Assembly (NCBI RefSeq): GCF_009914755.1
Contig: NC_060932.1
Strand: one strand, 5' to 3'
Origin: the human T2T-CHM13v2.0 reference genome, Homo sapiens
Length of the DNA stretch: 64,000 bases
This document shows, one piece after another, positions 11,201-23,720 of this stretch. The position numbers and the translations under genes were made by a program. Every line of letters begins with the position of its first letter. The first letter of the stretch is position 1. The notes under the pieces were generated by a model. That model was not told where the DNA came from, searched no databases, and worked only from the letters and a program-made list of their open reading frames with translations.

Positions 11201-13429
11201 GGAGGGCATCATCTGCAGTGCTCTCTTAACTAGACATTCTGATGTCCAAAGTCTTAGGGTTTCACGCTCCCTTGCAGGTGAAGAGCTGTGTGTGATTTTG
11301 GTTTTAGTGATCAGAGGTACTCCACGGAGGTTTTCATTTAGAACTGAGTGAAGTAGGGGACAGAACAGGCAGACATTCATTTGCTGAGGGGGACTGTGGC
11401 ACAGACAGTGTGATTTTTCAGTCGGAGCCTTCCTTATCTAGTACCTTCTCACACTGATGGTGACAGCTCTCCTGCTGACATGGTAGAGACAGTGTGATAC
11501 TGGGGACTGGGAAGTGTTTCAGGGAGTCAGGTTAGAACCGACTCTCCTAACCTTCCTGTGATTTCTTGTAAGCCACTTAATACCTGATAGTAAATTATTT
11601 CTACTTAATTTAGCTAGATGCTAAATTTGTCGCCACTGTACTATACCCAATTATAATAATTTTATTGTCATTTGTTTTGTAGATGAGAAAACCAAATGTC
11701 ATTGAGGTGCAGTGATGCTCATAGCACGATAGAACTTGCAACTTGCAAGTGGCAGAGCCCAGATTCTGACTCCAAATGCTGGACTCTTCCCCTGTAGAAA
11801 GGTTAGAAAATACACATGATGTATGCTGCCCCTCATCTGTCAGCCGACGTCCAGAAAGGGGCTTAGAATCCTTAGCACAAAGCTTCAGAAAGCCACAGCT
11901 GGTTAATAGAAGGTAGCACGTAGTAAGTCTATTGCAAATTTAGCTCCATATCACACAATATTTAACTACAATGAAGGAGTAAGTCTGATTTCTTGGTTCT
12001 CTTTCTACCTTTGTTTCTCAGTACATTTCAAGGCCTCTTCCCAGTCGAATGCTCTCAGATGTCAGTAGTCCTGCCTCTCTGGAAAGGTGTTGTCAATCTA
12101 ACATGTTATCCTCACATCAAGGGTTTTGACACTTAAAGGATGACCTCCAGAAAAAGGAAATGCTTAACCCTACAGAAGGGACTAGTAACAAAGTAAGTTT
12201 AGAATACTCGAAGGGAGATGTTTCAATAATATCTCGGTACTGGCACTTCCTCTAGTACAGCACTTTACACCCTTTTGCTCAGTAAATATTTTTTGATTGG
12301 ATGCTTTTCTAATTTGTCTGCTAATGGCTGTGTGGGCAAAGGCAGAAGACTTGGATTCAAAACAAAGAGCAGTATTAGGGTTAAAATGATTTCTTCCAGG
12401 GACAGCTCCCAGGGTAATATTCTAGAGCATAAATTTAGCTTGGCTGATATTTTGTGAAGGAAGTAGAGGAGTCTTTATTTATTTTGAAATGCAATAGCCA
12501 AGGATTCAGCCTTTGATTTCTCTCCAGATATGGTTGGAAGTTCTGAAAAGGTCTTCTGGGTGCCTGGATCTTGCTGCTCCAATGCGAATCTTCTTGGTGT
12601 CTCTCCTGGGTAGCTACAATCTGCCTTTGATCTCACTCCCTAATTCTGGGTGTGTGTGTGCTGACATTTATAGTTGTAGACTTGTTTGCTTCCTTCTGCT
12701 TGCCTAATTGATCCATTTTCCTGCTGGGGGTCAATACCCAAATGCTATGACTTTGGTGGTAATGCCATTCACCCCATTCTCAAAGTGAACACATGTGTGT
12801 GTTATATAAACAGCGTGGTATTATCCTCACTGCCGAACTTACACCAAAGCTGTGTGTTTTTACAAATGTATTAAATAAAATGCTGCTTGACCACATTGGT
12901 GGTTTGACAATGAGTTTAACCTTGAAACAGCCATATTTTGACCTAATCTAGTATGAAGTGGGTAAAGGAGGTGACATTTATTGAGTTTTATTTATGCTAG
13001 GCACAGTGATAGGCATTGAAATACACAAATTTCATTTCATCCTCACAATGTTTTATGAGGCGGGGATTATTATTCTGGGGGGTGAAGTAACCCAACGGCA
13101 CAGAGGTCTGAATCCAACTGTGACTGCCTTGTCAGAACATCAGTTTGCCTCCTTGTGGTCTAGGTAGTCCCTGGTAGACCTGTTGGAAGTAACTGTGGAG
13201 ATCTGATGGCCAGGGATGGTCTTGAGTTTTACCTTCACTCTGTTCTTTTATTTACATTCATTTAAGTGCAAGAAAAAGTGAACCTGGGGTGAGAAGTCAT
13301 AGATTCTTGTCCGAACATTGTCATTAGCTTGTTGTATAATGTTGGGCAAAACACTCCGCTTGTCTGGGCCTCTCTCTCAACATCTGTAGGAATGATTTGA
13401 GCTAAGTTGCTGCTGGATCTCCCCTCCAA

Positions 13430-13930
13430 TCCTCCTGGCTGCCTGGGAGTGGGGAATGCTTCATAAAAAAGATATTCCACTTGATCTTGGTCTTTAAGGA
13501 TGTAAAAGAGTTTACCAACAAAGATGGAGAATAATAGCTTTGCTGAGAGAGAAAACAGAATGTTCACTTCTGTATGTATGGTGTGATAGGACACACTCTT
13601 GGAGAATAGTGAGAAGCAAAGTATGCTCTATGGATAAAATATACACTATGAGGTGAGTAGAGACAGGAAGTTTGGGACCCAGTTGTAAAGTGCCTGGGAT
13701 GACAATTGAAGTGAGAATTTCACCCTGGATGTAGGAAATCAATGAAAGTCTTTAATGTGAGGAAGTCACCGTCAGAGCTGTATTTTTAAAAAGTTTTTCT
13801 AATGGCAATACGAAGGATGGACTGGAGGGAGAAGAAGTGAGATAGGAAAAGCAATAGGTTTTGCATATTAATGTTCCAGAAGAAGATGATGAGGTCTAAA
13901 TTAGCAGAAAAACAGAAAAAAGGAATGAGT
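13430..13930 (-). mobile_element. L2 relic
   Basis: Purine-rich degenerate L2 (AATGAAAGTCTTTAAT..CAGAGCTGTATTTTTAAAAAG..GAAGGATGGACTGGAGGG). Confidence 0.55.
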
Positions 13931-14114
13931 TTCTAAAGATATATATGAGAGACAATACGTTCCCTTTCATACTGATCTGAGTTACCTTGTGTATTTAATA
14001 GATTCTAAATGTACATTTAAAAATATGTAAAGATTCTTGAAATTCGGATTCATGTTACCATTGGCTATCCCGGTTTAATCGCCAGAATATTTTTTCTTCT
14101 TTCTAAATGCATAG

Positions 14115-14165
14115 ACATACTGATGAGTGTAACAATTCATGGAGCCATAGATACAGCAAAATAAG
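14115..14165 (+). other. Candidate exon B (51 nt, phase 2-2), HTDECNNSWSHRYSKIR
   Basis: Pyrimidine tract TTTTTTCTTCTTTCT..CATAG|, consensus donor AAG|GTAAGT; only the phase-2 frame is stop-free. Confidence 0.55.
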
Positions 14166-14479
14166 GTAAGTTACTGTCCAATTTTCTCATATTCTCTGTA
14201 CAAAAATCCTCTAAAGACTTCTGGTCCAGTGGAGGTAAAAATCATTGCCCCTTCCTTGTTAAATGGAGCAAAGTAAAAGGATAAAATCAACCTGGCTTTC
14301 CTTAGTAAGTAAAGGATCAAGTTGGTTGTTTGTTGAAAATACAAATTCACTTTTTATTGTAACTATTTGTTTCTAGGTGAAGTCAATTCTCTGTCCTAAA
14401 TGAAATGGCAAAATACTCAGATTCAGCAGAAGAGAAGTAGCATGAGATAATACAAAAATCTGTTAAAAGCTTTAATTTC

Positions 14480-14700
14480 AAGTTCTGCCTGTGGGGCATT
14501 AGTTGTGTGACCTTGGACAAGTCATTTCAGCCTCTCTAAGCCACTCAGTTGCCTTCTTGGTAAATATAGTTCCAAGATCAGTCTCATAAAATTGTTGGGT
14601 GGCTGAAATGAAATATTTACATAGATAATGTAAGATAATTTTTTTCTTTGTTAATCCGTTATCTTGTTTGAGTACTTTGTAAGCTTCAAATTACTATGCA
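14480..14700 (+). mobile_element. MIR
   Basis: TAGTTGTGTGACCTTGGACAAGTCATTTCAGCCTCTCTAAGCC. Confidence 0.7.
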
Positions 14701-15289
14701 AAACTTAATTGCTGCCCATATCTGCATGCCCTGGTGGTATGTTCATAGCCTATCGAGGACCTAGTATCTCAGACCTCCAGAGAGTCATCTTGTTTAACCT
14801 GTTTTGTAATTTGGCTCTGAAAGCACATTTTGATGGCGGATGTGGTATTAACAAATGTTCTAGAGGGGAGAGTGGTTTGCCAGGAAGCTTTGCCAATTAA
14901 AAGCAAAGTGAAAATTCAGAATTACAGAGATTTAATTTCCTGCTGAATAATTCTCCACAAGCTGTGTAAACTTCTCCTTACTGAACAAATACTCAGAATA
15001 AAATAGCTTAGATGCTCTTTTCCTTTTTAATAAGAAAATGTTCATATTATTTGCATGTGGAGCCAAGGGAAGAAGGAGGTCTGGCTCTCCTGAGCTGAGT
15101 TTGTATAAGTCATCAAGAATCCTGCTGTGTCCTTGACCTGTGGAACTTGGAAGGCTGGGTGAAAAGAGCCATTTTTAAAGGGCCTTTTGCCAGCAAGAGC
15201 CCCATAGATTGTCCCTGGGCTAGTTCCTTGCAGTCTGTTTAACTTGATACTTTTAAAATGAATTGACCATTAGTGGAAGATGCTTTAGA

Positions 15290-16330
15290 ATAGTGTTTGA
15301 GCACCTACAATGAGCCAGTCCTGAGGTCAAGTGGCTAGCAAAACAGACATGGTCCTTGACTTCCCAGAACATAGTTTGGAAGGGGAGTCAACCAACAGAT
15401 GTTCACATACATAAATATAAAGATAAAAATTGTGATAAATGTTAATATTAATGCATCCAAAAAGAAGGCTATTTAAGAAAGGACATTTGAACTGGAACGT
15501 AGTGTAAGTGGGAGGTGTTCAACTGCCTAGATCATAGACAAGTGTTCAGGCAGTGGTAGTCTCTGTGAAAAGTCCCTGAAATGGAAACGGCTGGGTGTCC
15601 TTGAAAAGCTGAAATGAGGCCAGTATGCAGGAGATAGCTTGAGGGAGAATGGTTCAAGAGAAAGAGAAATAGTTCCCAGATAATAAAGCTCTCCTGGACC
15701 TAAGCACAGTGGGAATCCATTAAAGGGTTTAAATCAAGAGAATAGCCTGGCCAGATTGTATTTACAAAGATCACTTTGCCTGCTGTGTGGGAAACCACTG
15801 AAGAGCAAAGTTTGCAAGCAAGGACAGTAATTAGCAAGCTCTTGTAATCATTCTAGCAAGTGATGGTATTGAGGTGGACTAATGTGGTCATAGAGGTGGT
15901 GAAGAACAGTGTGCAATTTTGAGATATATTTTACAGTCAGGATCTGCATGACTTGATTCTGAATTGGATGTTAGAAGTGAGGCAGAAAGTTGAGACTCAT
16001 AGTCGAGTCTCAGATTTACAGATTGAACACTAGCTGGGTGGATCATGAAGCCATTTACCAACTCAGTTCCACAGAGGAAGGAAGTTTTGATGGAAGACCT
16101 TAAAGCTGAGCTACAGGTCTTAAAAGTCTATTTAAGTTTTTATTTCATGTAGACTTCATATCGAGTTTAAGTTTCCCAGCAGAGTCACAGAGTGCAATGC
16201 TACGTAAGTCTGGAGCTTTCAGCAGAATTCAAGCTTGGAGATACAAATTCAGCAACTCACTGAACCATGGAGAGTTGTGAAAGCAATAGTATAATGGGAC
16301 TCCAGGGCATTGTCACTAAGAGAAGTTGGA
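15290..16330 (-). mobile_element. L2 relic
   Basis: TTTGAGCACCTAC..AAACAGACATGGTCC..GGACATTTGAACTGG..AAAGATCACTTTGCCTGCTGTGTGG..AGTCTGGAGCTTTCAG. Confidence 0.75.
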
Positions 16331-17681
16331 GCGGTTGCCTCCTTCTGATTAGTATGTAAAAATTAACTGAGGAGATTAGGTTAGGAGGACACAGGCCATG
16401 ATCAGGAAGCTCAAATCGATCATTAGGCAATGAGAGTAATTGAGAATCAGAGCACAGGCTTCTTTTGAGGGGGGAAAAAACAAGCAGCTCTGTCTCTCCC
16501 ATAAGACATATGATAAAATATTAAGCACGTACCGTGTAACAGGCATCATGCAAGGCATTTTGTAAACCTTTTTCCAATGTAAACTTTATAAAAAGTTTGC
16601 ATTGTTCTAAAAGATATGTATACACATAGGTTAAGGGGTTGAATAGTTCTACAAAGGTTATTATGAAAACCACGTTTCTTCTGCCACTATTTCCAGCACC
16701 CACTCCTTATAGGCAGCTGCTTTCCATTCTTTTAGCTTTTTCTCTTGGTATTTCCATGTATGTCCTAAATAACACATTTTATGATGTTAATTCCTGATTT
16801 TTTATTTTTATTTTTTTTTGTTTCAGGCATTGTATTTTAGCTTTTCACTATGAAAAATGAGAACTTAGCCTTTTTCTTCAGGCTCTTCCTCCAAACACAA
16901 AGGCACTGAGAGAATAGACTCTAAAGCTATAGACAGTGTAGAGTGGAATGCACTTTTAAAAGCTTCCTGGTAGAGTTTGAATTGCCAGTTGCATCTCCAG
17001 GTAAAAGAGATGGCTTGACAGAACGTAAGGGCAGCAGCAGTGTCTCACCTACAGAGGAAGCTTCTCACCTGGACAGGAGTGGTAAAAGGCAGTTGTGACA
17101 ATGACCACAGCACCTTGCATTTCAAAGCTTTATGTCTTTGCAGTGCATTTTCCCACTGACTCTTTAAAGGACTTCTGATATTCCAGTGAAGTAAGTCGGG
17201 CAATAGTATTTGTATAATTTTTTCCCTCAAAAAGGAAATTGAAGTTAAGAAAATTTGGGTGATTAAGCCAAGATGAGTGACAATTGCGATTACGGCAATG
17301 AGGGAAATCATTGATTGATAGCTATGTTTCAATACTAAATGAACACAGTAATCTTTGTTTCTAACAAGCAGTATAAAGTACATATGTGTATGTCCATAAT
17401 AAACATGTATTTGCATATAAATTATATAGGTATTTAACAGTGTACATATTTCACTGGCTGTTAAAACTGTACATGTGTATGTATATATTAATATATAGCA
17501 TAAATTGGTACAAGACTAGAAGAAAATAAGCAAAAACTGAAATAATTTAGTTGGAAAGATCAGATTGTGAGTGGTAGCTTAAAATTATTTTTTTCCTGCT
17601 ATACTATAGCTAAGCAAATTAAAATATTTGCTAAGTAAATTAAAAAGTAGTACAACTTAGCAGGTTAAAAGAATTTTTTTC

Positions 17682-17837
17682 CCACCTATGAGTGAGAACA
17701 TGCAGTGTTTGGTTTTTTGTCTTTGCGATAGTTTGCTAAGAATGATGGTTTCCAGCTTCATCCATGTCCCTACAAAGCCCATGTACCGTAAAACTTAAAG
17801 TATAATAATAATAAAATAAAATAAAATAAAATAAATA
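17682..17837 (+). mobile_element. Very short 5'-inverted young L1PA insertion (L1PA2-4-like)
   Basis: Inverted 3'-region piece 17682-17777, sense terminus CATGTACCGTAAAACTTAAAGTATAATAAT plus (TAAAA)n tail, perfect 15-bp TSD AAAAGAATTTTTTTC at 17667-17681 and 17838-17852. Confidence 0.92.
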
Positions 17838-17838
17838 A

Positions 17839-18160
<322 letters not shown>

Positions 18161-19653
18161 TAAGGATTTGGATTTGTTATTACAAATGCCATGGGCTGTT
18201 GTTTAGAAATCCACATGAATTAAATTGTTTTAAGAGAAATTATCAAGTGAGCATAAGAGTATAAGAAAGGGTAGGGATAGAATCTTTCCTCATTTTACAA
18301 TGTGCCCTCCCCAATCCCTATTTCATCATACATATATAAAATTGTAATTTTTTGTGTATGTTAGCTAGTGAAACATGATTATTCATGAATCAGCATGTGA
18401 ACTCATAGACTTACTATTGCCTGTCACACAGCCACAAGTGCACACCTGCTTAATTCACTGTGCCCCTCTGCAAAGCAGTCATGACACTGCTAGCTGGGAG
18501 AGAGTCACAGAAAGATCTGTTGCTGTGAATTAATCATGAAGGTGATAATGCCTGGACAAGGGCATGTATGGGAAAGGGTAAGGCAATAATTTGAAGACAT
18601 CTATTTTCCCCAAAGAAGTTAGTTGGAAAAATCAATATTCTGAAAACTGCTTAATATATGATTTTTTTTTCAAACTTTGGGCAGTGTAGCAGGCATGCCA
18701 TTGAAAAACAATTGAATTAGCAATTGAAAGCATTGTTGAGAATGCCAAGTCTCTTCCACGTGGATGTCATGTCTATGAAAAATGCAAAGGTGGCTTGGGA
18801 TGTGAAAAACTGTCTAACCCAAATCCCTGGTGAGAACATAATGCCTCTTTAATAAATTCAATAAAAATATAATAAATTATATTTAATTTTATAATAACCA
18901 GTAAATTTATAATAAATTCATGTATTTATTTTTATTAAAGTAACTTTATAAAATTATTAATAAATTTGTAGTAATTAATAACATTACTTTTGTTAATATA
19001 ATAAAAACTCATAGAAGGCCAAATTGCAACTTTCTAACATAACCACTAGAACAGTAAATTGAAGAGGAAACTAAGCCTTCCTGCATCATTCCATAATGGA
19101 TGTGACACGCATTCGAATGGTAGTATCTACTCTGGGTGACATGGTATAACCTACACTCTGAATAATCCCAAGAAAATGGCTAGCTCTACTTTTTTTCCCT
19201 GTGGTATGCTTATCTCTTGCTGATAAATGCATTATTTATCTTTGTAATGCTATATGATTACTTACAAATGAATTCCACCCCCTACCTCCAAATAGCAGTA
19301 CGCTACCCTCTCCAGTGCGAAAACTTGATTTCGTGAGGAAGTGAGGAAGTTGATTTAAGAATGTCCAAATGAAAATAATAGGTTCGAGCTTAGAATGATT
19401 AAGGAGTTTTGCATTTCATTAATTTCTCTTTCTCTATTGTTTTAGAGAAGAGTTTTCATCCACTTTGGATTAAAAGTTTCATGTCTTCTTGATAAGTACT
19501 CTATATCCTAATATAAAGCTGATATAAAATGTGCATTTCCTTCCTCCTTGTATCAGAGATTATTGGTATACAGTGGTCGGAAGACTTTCTTCTATGGACT
19601 CAGGCTCACTTTGTCCTTCTTACGGGCATTTTTTTAAATTTATATTTCTACAG

Positions 19654-19833
19654 AATAAGTAACGAACCTATAGGGGAATAGACTGATGAAAAGTCACAGC
19701 ATCATGCTGAATCAAATGGGCACAGAGAACTGTTCAAAGTGGACCAGTCATCAGGAACAAGTGGCTCCTTAGGCCAGACCCCAGGACCTCCTGAACCAGG
19801 ACTGAGGAGTGGTTTAGGTTTTTATGCCCCTGG
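19654..19833 (+). other. Candidate exon C (180 nt, phase 2-2) with in-frame TAG
   Basis: Acceptor TTTATATTTCTACAG|, donor TGG|GTTAGT; ISNEPIGE*TDEKSQHHAESNGHRELFKVDQSSGTSGSLGQTPGPPEPGLRSGLGFYAPG. Confidence 0.4.
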
Positions 19834-20581
19834 GTTAGTGAACATAGCTATGTCACGCACAGGACAGTAGGCAGGAGCATCTGCTCATTTTCACAACAGA
19901 ACAACCAAGGGGTCTTTGGGTTATGACAACTTGAACTCTAGAGTTAGATGGCAGGGGTACCTCATTTGGCCCGGGAAGGATGATAGAGGAAGGCCACTGT
20001 ATGTTCAGTAGCACAACTGCCATCCAGTGGGTAACGACCTTTGCAGCAGTTTGTCCCACAGTGGCCTTTCTCCTTTTGTTGTGGTTTTTACAATCATGGA
20101 AGAAGGCAAACTGGTGAAGAGAATTAAAATGTTCTCAGCAATTTCTCTCTCAAAAGGCTCTTCCAGTCCACCATTTGTCCAGCCAGCGCTATTTTCAGGG
20201 TGACTTGTGTTTGTGCTTTTTTTGGGTTTAAAATCCACAGTCTGGCCTATTTCCCTGGCTATTAGCCTCTTCCTTCTTTGCTCTTCCAGCAGAAACAGAG
20301 CTGCTTTTTTTTTTTTTTTTTTTTTTTAACCTCTGTGACTTCCCAGGGACAAGTGTCCAGTCACACTCCCATAGTGTGTATTGCTCTTCTATAGGAAAAT
20401 TAAGATTTAGTCACACACACGTACACACTTATAAGTCCTTATTGCCGATGGGTGCAGTTTGGGAATTCAAGTTCAATTTTTTTTTTTCATTTTTTACACA
20501 ACTCTCTTTGAAGGTATAATTGTCAATTACTGAAAGCCTTTTTACATTACTGTTCCATTTTCTTGGTCAGTCTCATAAGAC

Positions 20582-20604
20582 TGTGTGTGTGTGTGTGTGT
20601 GTGT
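20582..20604. repeat. (TG)n microsatellite
   Basis: About 11 TG units. Confidence 0.95.
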
Positions 20605-21089
20605 TTAAATCTGATGGGCATAGATATAATCCTCCGACCAAGGATGACTGCACACCCTCCCCCTTTTCCTAATGCAGCTGTTCCCTGTTGACTCTCAGGG
20701 ATGCACCATCCTATGCCATGCCCCTCACAGACTTGAGCATAAGCTACTGAATTTGGATTTGACCATATTTGTAGATGGTGCAGGTGTGGCTTATTTCATG
20801 CCAATTATAATTTCACAAGACACAATTTATTTGATGTCTTAAAATACCTTGAGCAGGTATGAACACAGTACCTCTGGTAGGTACCATTTTCGGCAGAACA
20901 TTGGCAAAGCTGAATGGCTTGAGAATGGTTCAATATTTGAACTTCCTATTGGAAGAGTTGGGCTTGGCACTGTTTTTAAGAGCAACCAAGGAAGGTGGAG
21001 GAAGAAATAAAAACAAAGTTGATGATCTTAAGCAGCAGGCTAAAGTTTGGGCAGTGTCATACCCGTTAAATTTTCTTCTTAAATCCAAA

Positions 21090-21950
21090 TAATTTTTATT
21101 TATTACTCACCTTTTTAAAATTACATCTCCTCTTGAATTATGGAAAGCGATACATTAAAACATTTAGATACATTAAATATATATACATTAAAACATTTAG
21201 AAAATTCAGTAAAACATTAAGAAGAAAGTAAAAACCACTTGTTACCCAAATTTTAGAAATAATTTCTGTTAACATTTTGATACGTGTCTGTGGATATTAA
21301 TATGTACATGTATATCCATGATGTGCAGCAATATTTATATGCATAATTATCTTTGGTAATACTGGTATGTGTTTATATGTGTATAAATATTCTTGCATTG
21401 CACATAAGTATATTCATGGTTTTGCTATGTATAATTGCAGTGCATTTGGATTAAAGATATATATGAATCCTCTACAATAATTTTAAATAGTTAAGTAATA
21501 TTCCACCTTCCAATGTATTCTAATTCAATGTTGGGCATTCATGGAATTTCAAATTTCTTATTATAAAAAAAATTTGATGAATATAATAGTACATTTATGT
21601 TCATTAATGGCTCTATTTCTACAAGAAATATGGTTAGCTCAAAAGGCTTTTTTGTTTTTTCACATTCTTAAGTTTCCCATCAAAATTGTTCTTATTGATG
21701 TCCCAGCCAAAAAATTTATGTGATACTTACTTCTCCACAGCCTTGCTGACATTTGGTATTAATATTTGTGTTGATAATTTTGTGAGCAACACATTTGTAT
21801 TTTCTGATTATTATTGAGTTTGAATCACTTTATTCCTACTTCTACTTATTTTTTCTCCATTTGAACACTTTATGTCCTTTACCCATTATTCTTTTGGGAA
21901 TATTTTTTCTTAGTGTTTTGTTTGTTTTTGTACTTCTTATAAGACTGTAG
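21090..21950 (-). mobile_element. Diverged L1ME 3' relic
   Basis: TGTTAACATTTTG.., AGTAATATTCCA.., CTTCTCCACAGCCTTGCTGACATTTGGTATT, TTTATGTCCTTTACCCATT. Confidence 0.6.
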
Positions 21951-22104
21951 CTCAGATATTTTGCCAGAAAGTGTGAAACAGTCCATGTTGTCTTTGATTT
22001 CACTGGGATGTGACAAGCTTTCTGAATTTCATACCGAAGTGCTTTACTTGAATAAATGTCGCTGTATTATAGCTCTGTTACTTAGAATGTAATACATTCT
22101 TATA

Positions 22105-22681
22105 CAGCCAATCTTCATTACTCATACACTATGTATTTGTGAATTTTCTTACTTGATAAAATTTACTCGTAATCCCCAAATAATACTTGCAATGCTTTCA
22201 TGGTCATTTGCAGACGTGCACATGTGCTTACCAGGGAAAACTTCCAGTTTTTTTTCAGTATATTTAGTGCCACATTTTTTTTTTAATTTTTGTGCTTTTC
22301 CTTGGTAATTTCTCCATTTAAAATGGTTTCCAAACATTATACTCAAGTATGTCTGGTGTTCCCAAGTGCAGGAAGACTGCAAGATGATTAATGGAGGAAT
22401 TGTGCATCTTAGAGAAAATTTTTTCTTTTTCCAGACATGAGTTGTAATGCTGTTGGCTGTGAGCTCAATGTTAATAAAAATTATATAGTGAATAAAATGT
22501 CTTTAAACAAAGACACACATAAAACAAAATTATGTACTGATGGGTTGGTGAAGACGTTGTGACCAGAGGTTCACAGGGCAGAAACCTAACCATGTGTTTT
22601 ACTGAGGAGTACTGGTTTATTATTCAGTGGTTCATAGCCACTTTAAAGAATATAAGTACCACAAATAATAAGAATCGACTG
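22105..22681 (+). mobile_element. MER82 (Tigger-family non-autonomous element)
   Basis: TA|CAGCCAATCTTCATTA...AATAATAAGAATCGACTG|TA: TIRs with TA TSD; internal AAGGTGTCTTTAAACA-like and GTTGTGACCAGAGG motifs. Confidence 0.85.
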
Positions 22682-23379
22682 TATATTCTTTAGGGGCATT
22701 GGTATTTTGGATCACTGAGCATTCCTATATTTCTACCATTTTCTCATGTTTTTTAACCTTTTGATCTTTCAGCTTTTTCTGAGAGTATTGCAAATTTGAT
22801 GCCACACCAGTGATTTATTATTATCCTCCAATGAGAATGATCAGCCTTCTGTTTTATTGTTGTTCTTATGAGTTTCATCTATCCATATCTCTCCGTGTAT
22901 TAGTGTAAAGAACCAGGGCAAGTCTTACCAGAGCTTACTAAAGAAATACCATTATGAACTGAATGTTTGTAGATTATTTTGGTTTTCATTTTAATTCTTC
23001 ACTGCATCACGAGGCACAGTATACCAAAATGATATATAGAAATGAAAATATTCTCTTCATTCAATTTCTCCAATGTAAACAGTGCTACTGAAGAGTATTT
23101 CAATCAGCAAGATAAAGTGTAATTTTCCCCTAAAATAGAGTTATTTATATATACTCCATTATGGTCCTGCCCTTAGAAACTGAAGATCAATCAGTACCCT
23201 TAAAATTAATTAATCAACAGCAAGATTACTCTTTGAGTATGGAATAAAGTGGGAGTAAGGGGCCGGGGAAGGCATCCATGATTTTCTTTTATCAAAAGAA
23301 ACTCACCTTTATTGATTATTAATAGGCATTTAAATATATTATCTTAATGATTACAAACCCCAAAGGTTATAGGCATTTA

Positions 23380-23720
23380 GATAGTCAGTGTAAGAGCTGG
23401 TCTTTGAAGGCAACAAAAGCTTATATTTGGATCTGGACTCTGGTACTCATAAAAATAATAATTGGGTCTGGTTTATAAGGTTATTGTGATCATTACATGA
23501 ATTCATCCATGTAAAACATCTAAAGGAGCTTCTGACACATAGGAAAAAATAAGTATTACTTTTATAACTATAACCTTGATTCAGGTGAAGCAAATAAAGC
23601 CCAGAAAGGTGGAGTAGCTCATTCAAGGTCTTACAGCAAGTACATGGAAGCACCAAGACAGATCAAGTTTGTCTGTTTTTAGATTCTTCATTTTTCCTGT
23701 ACCATTTACTATTTCTCAAG
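23380..23720. mobile_element. Two adjacent MIR fragments in opposite orientation
   Basis: Sense ..GGTTATTGTGATCATTACATGA..ATGTAAAACATC; antisense AGCCCAGAAAGGTGGAGTAGCTCATTCAAGGTCTTACAGC. Confidence 0.55.
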
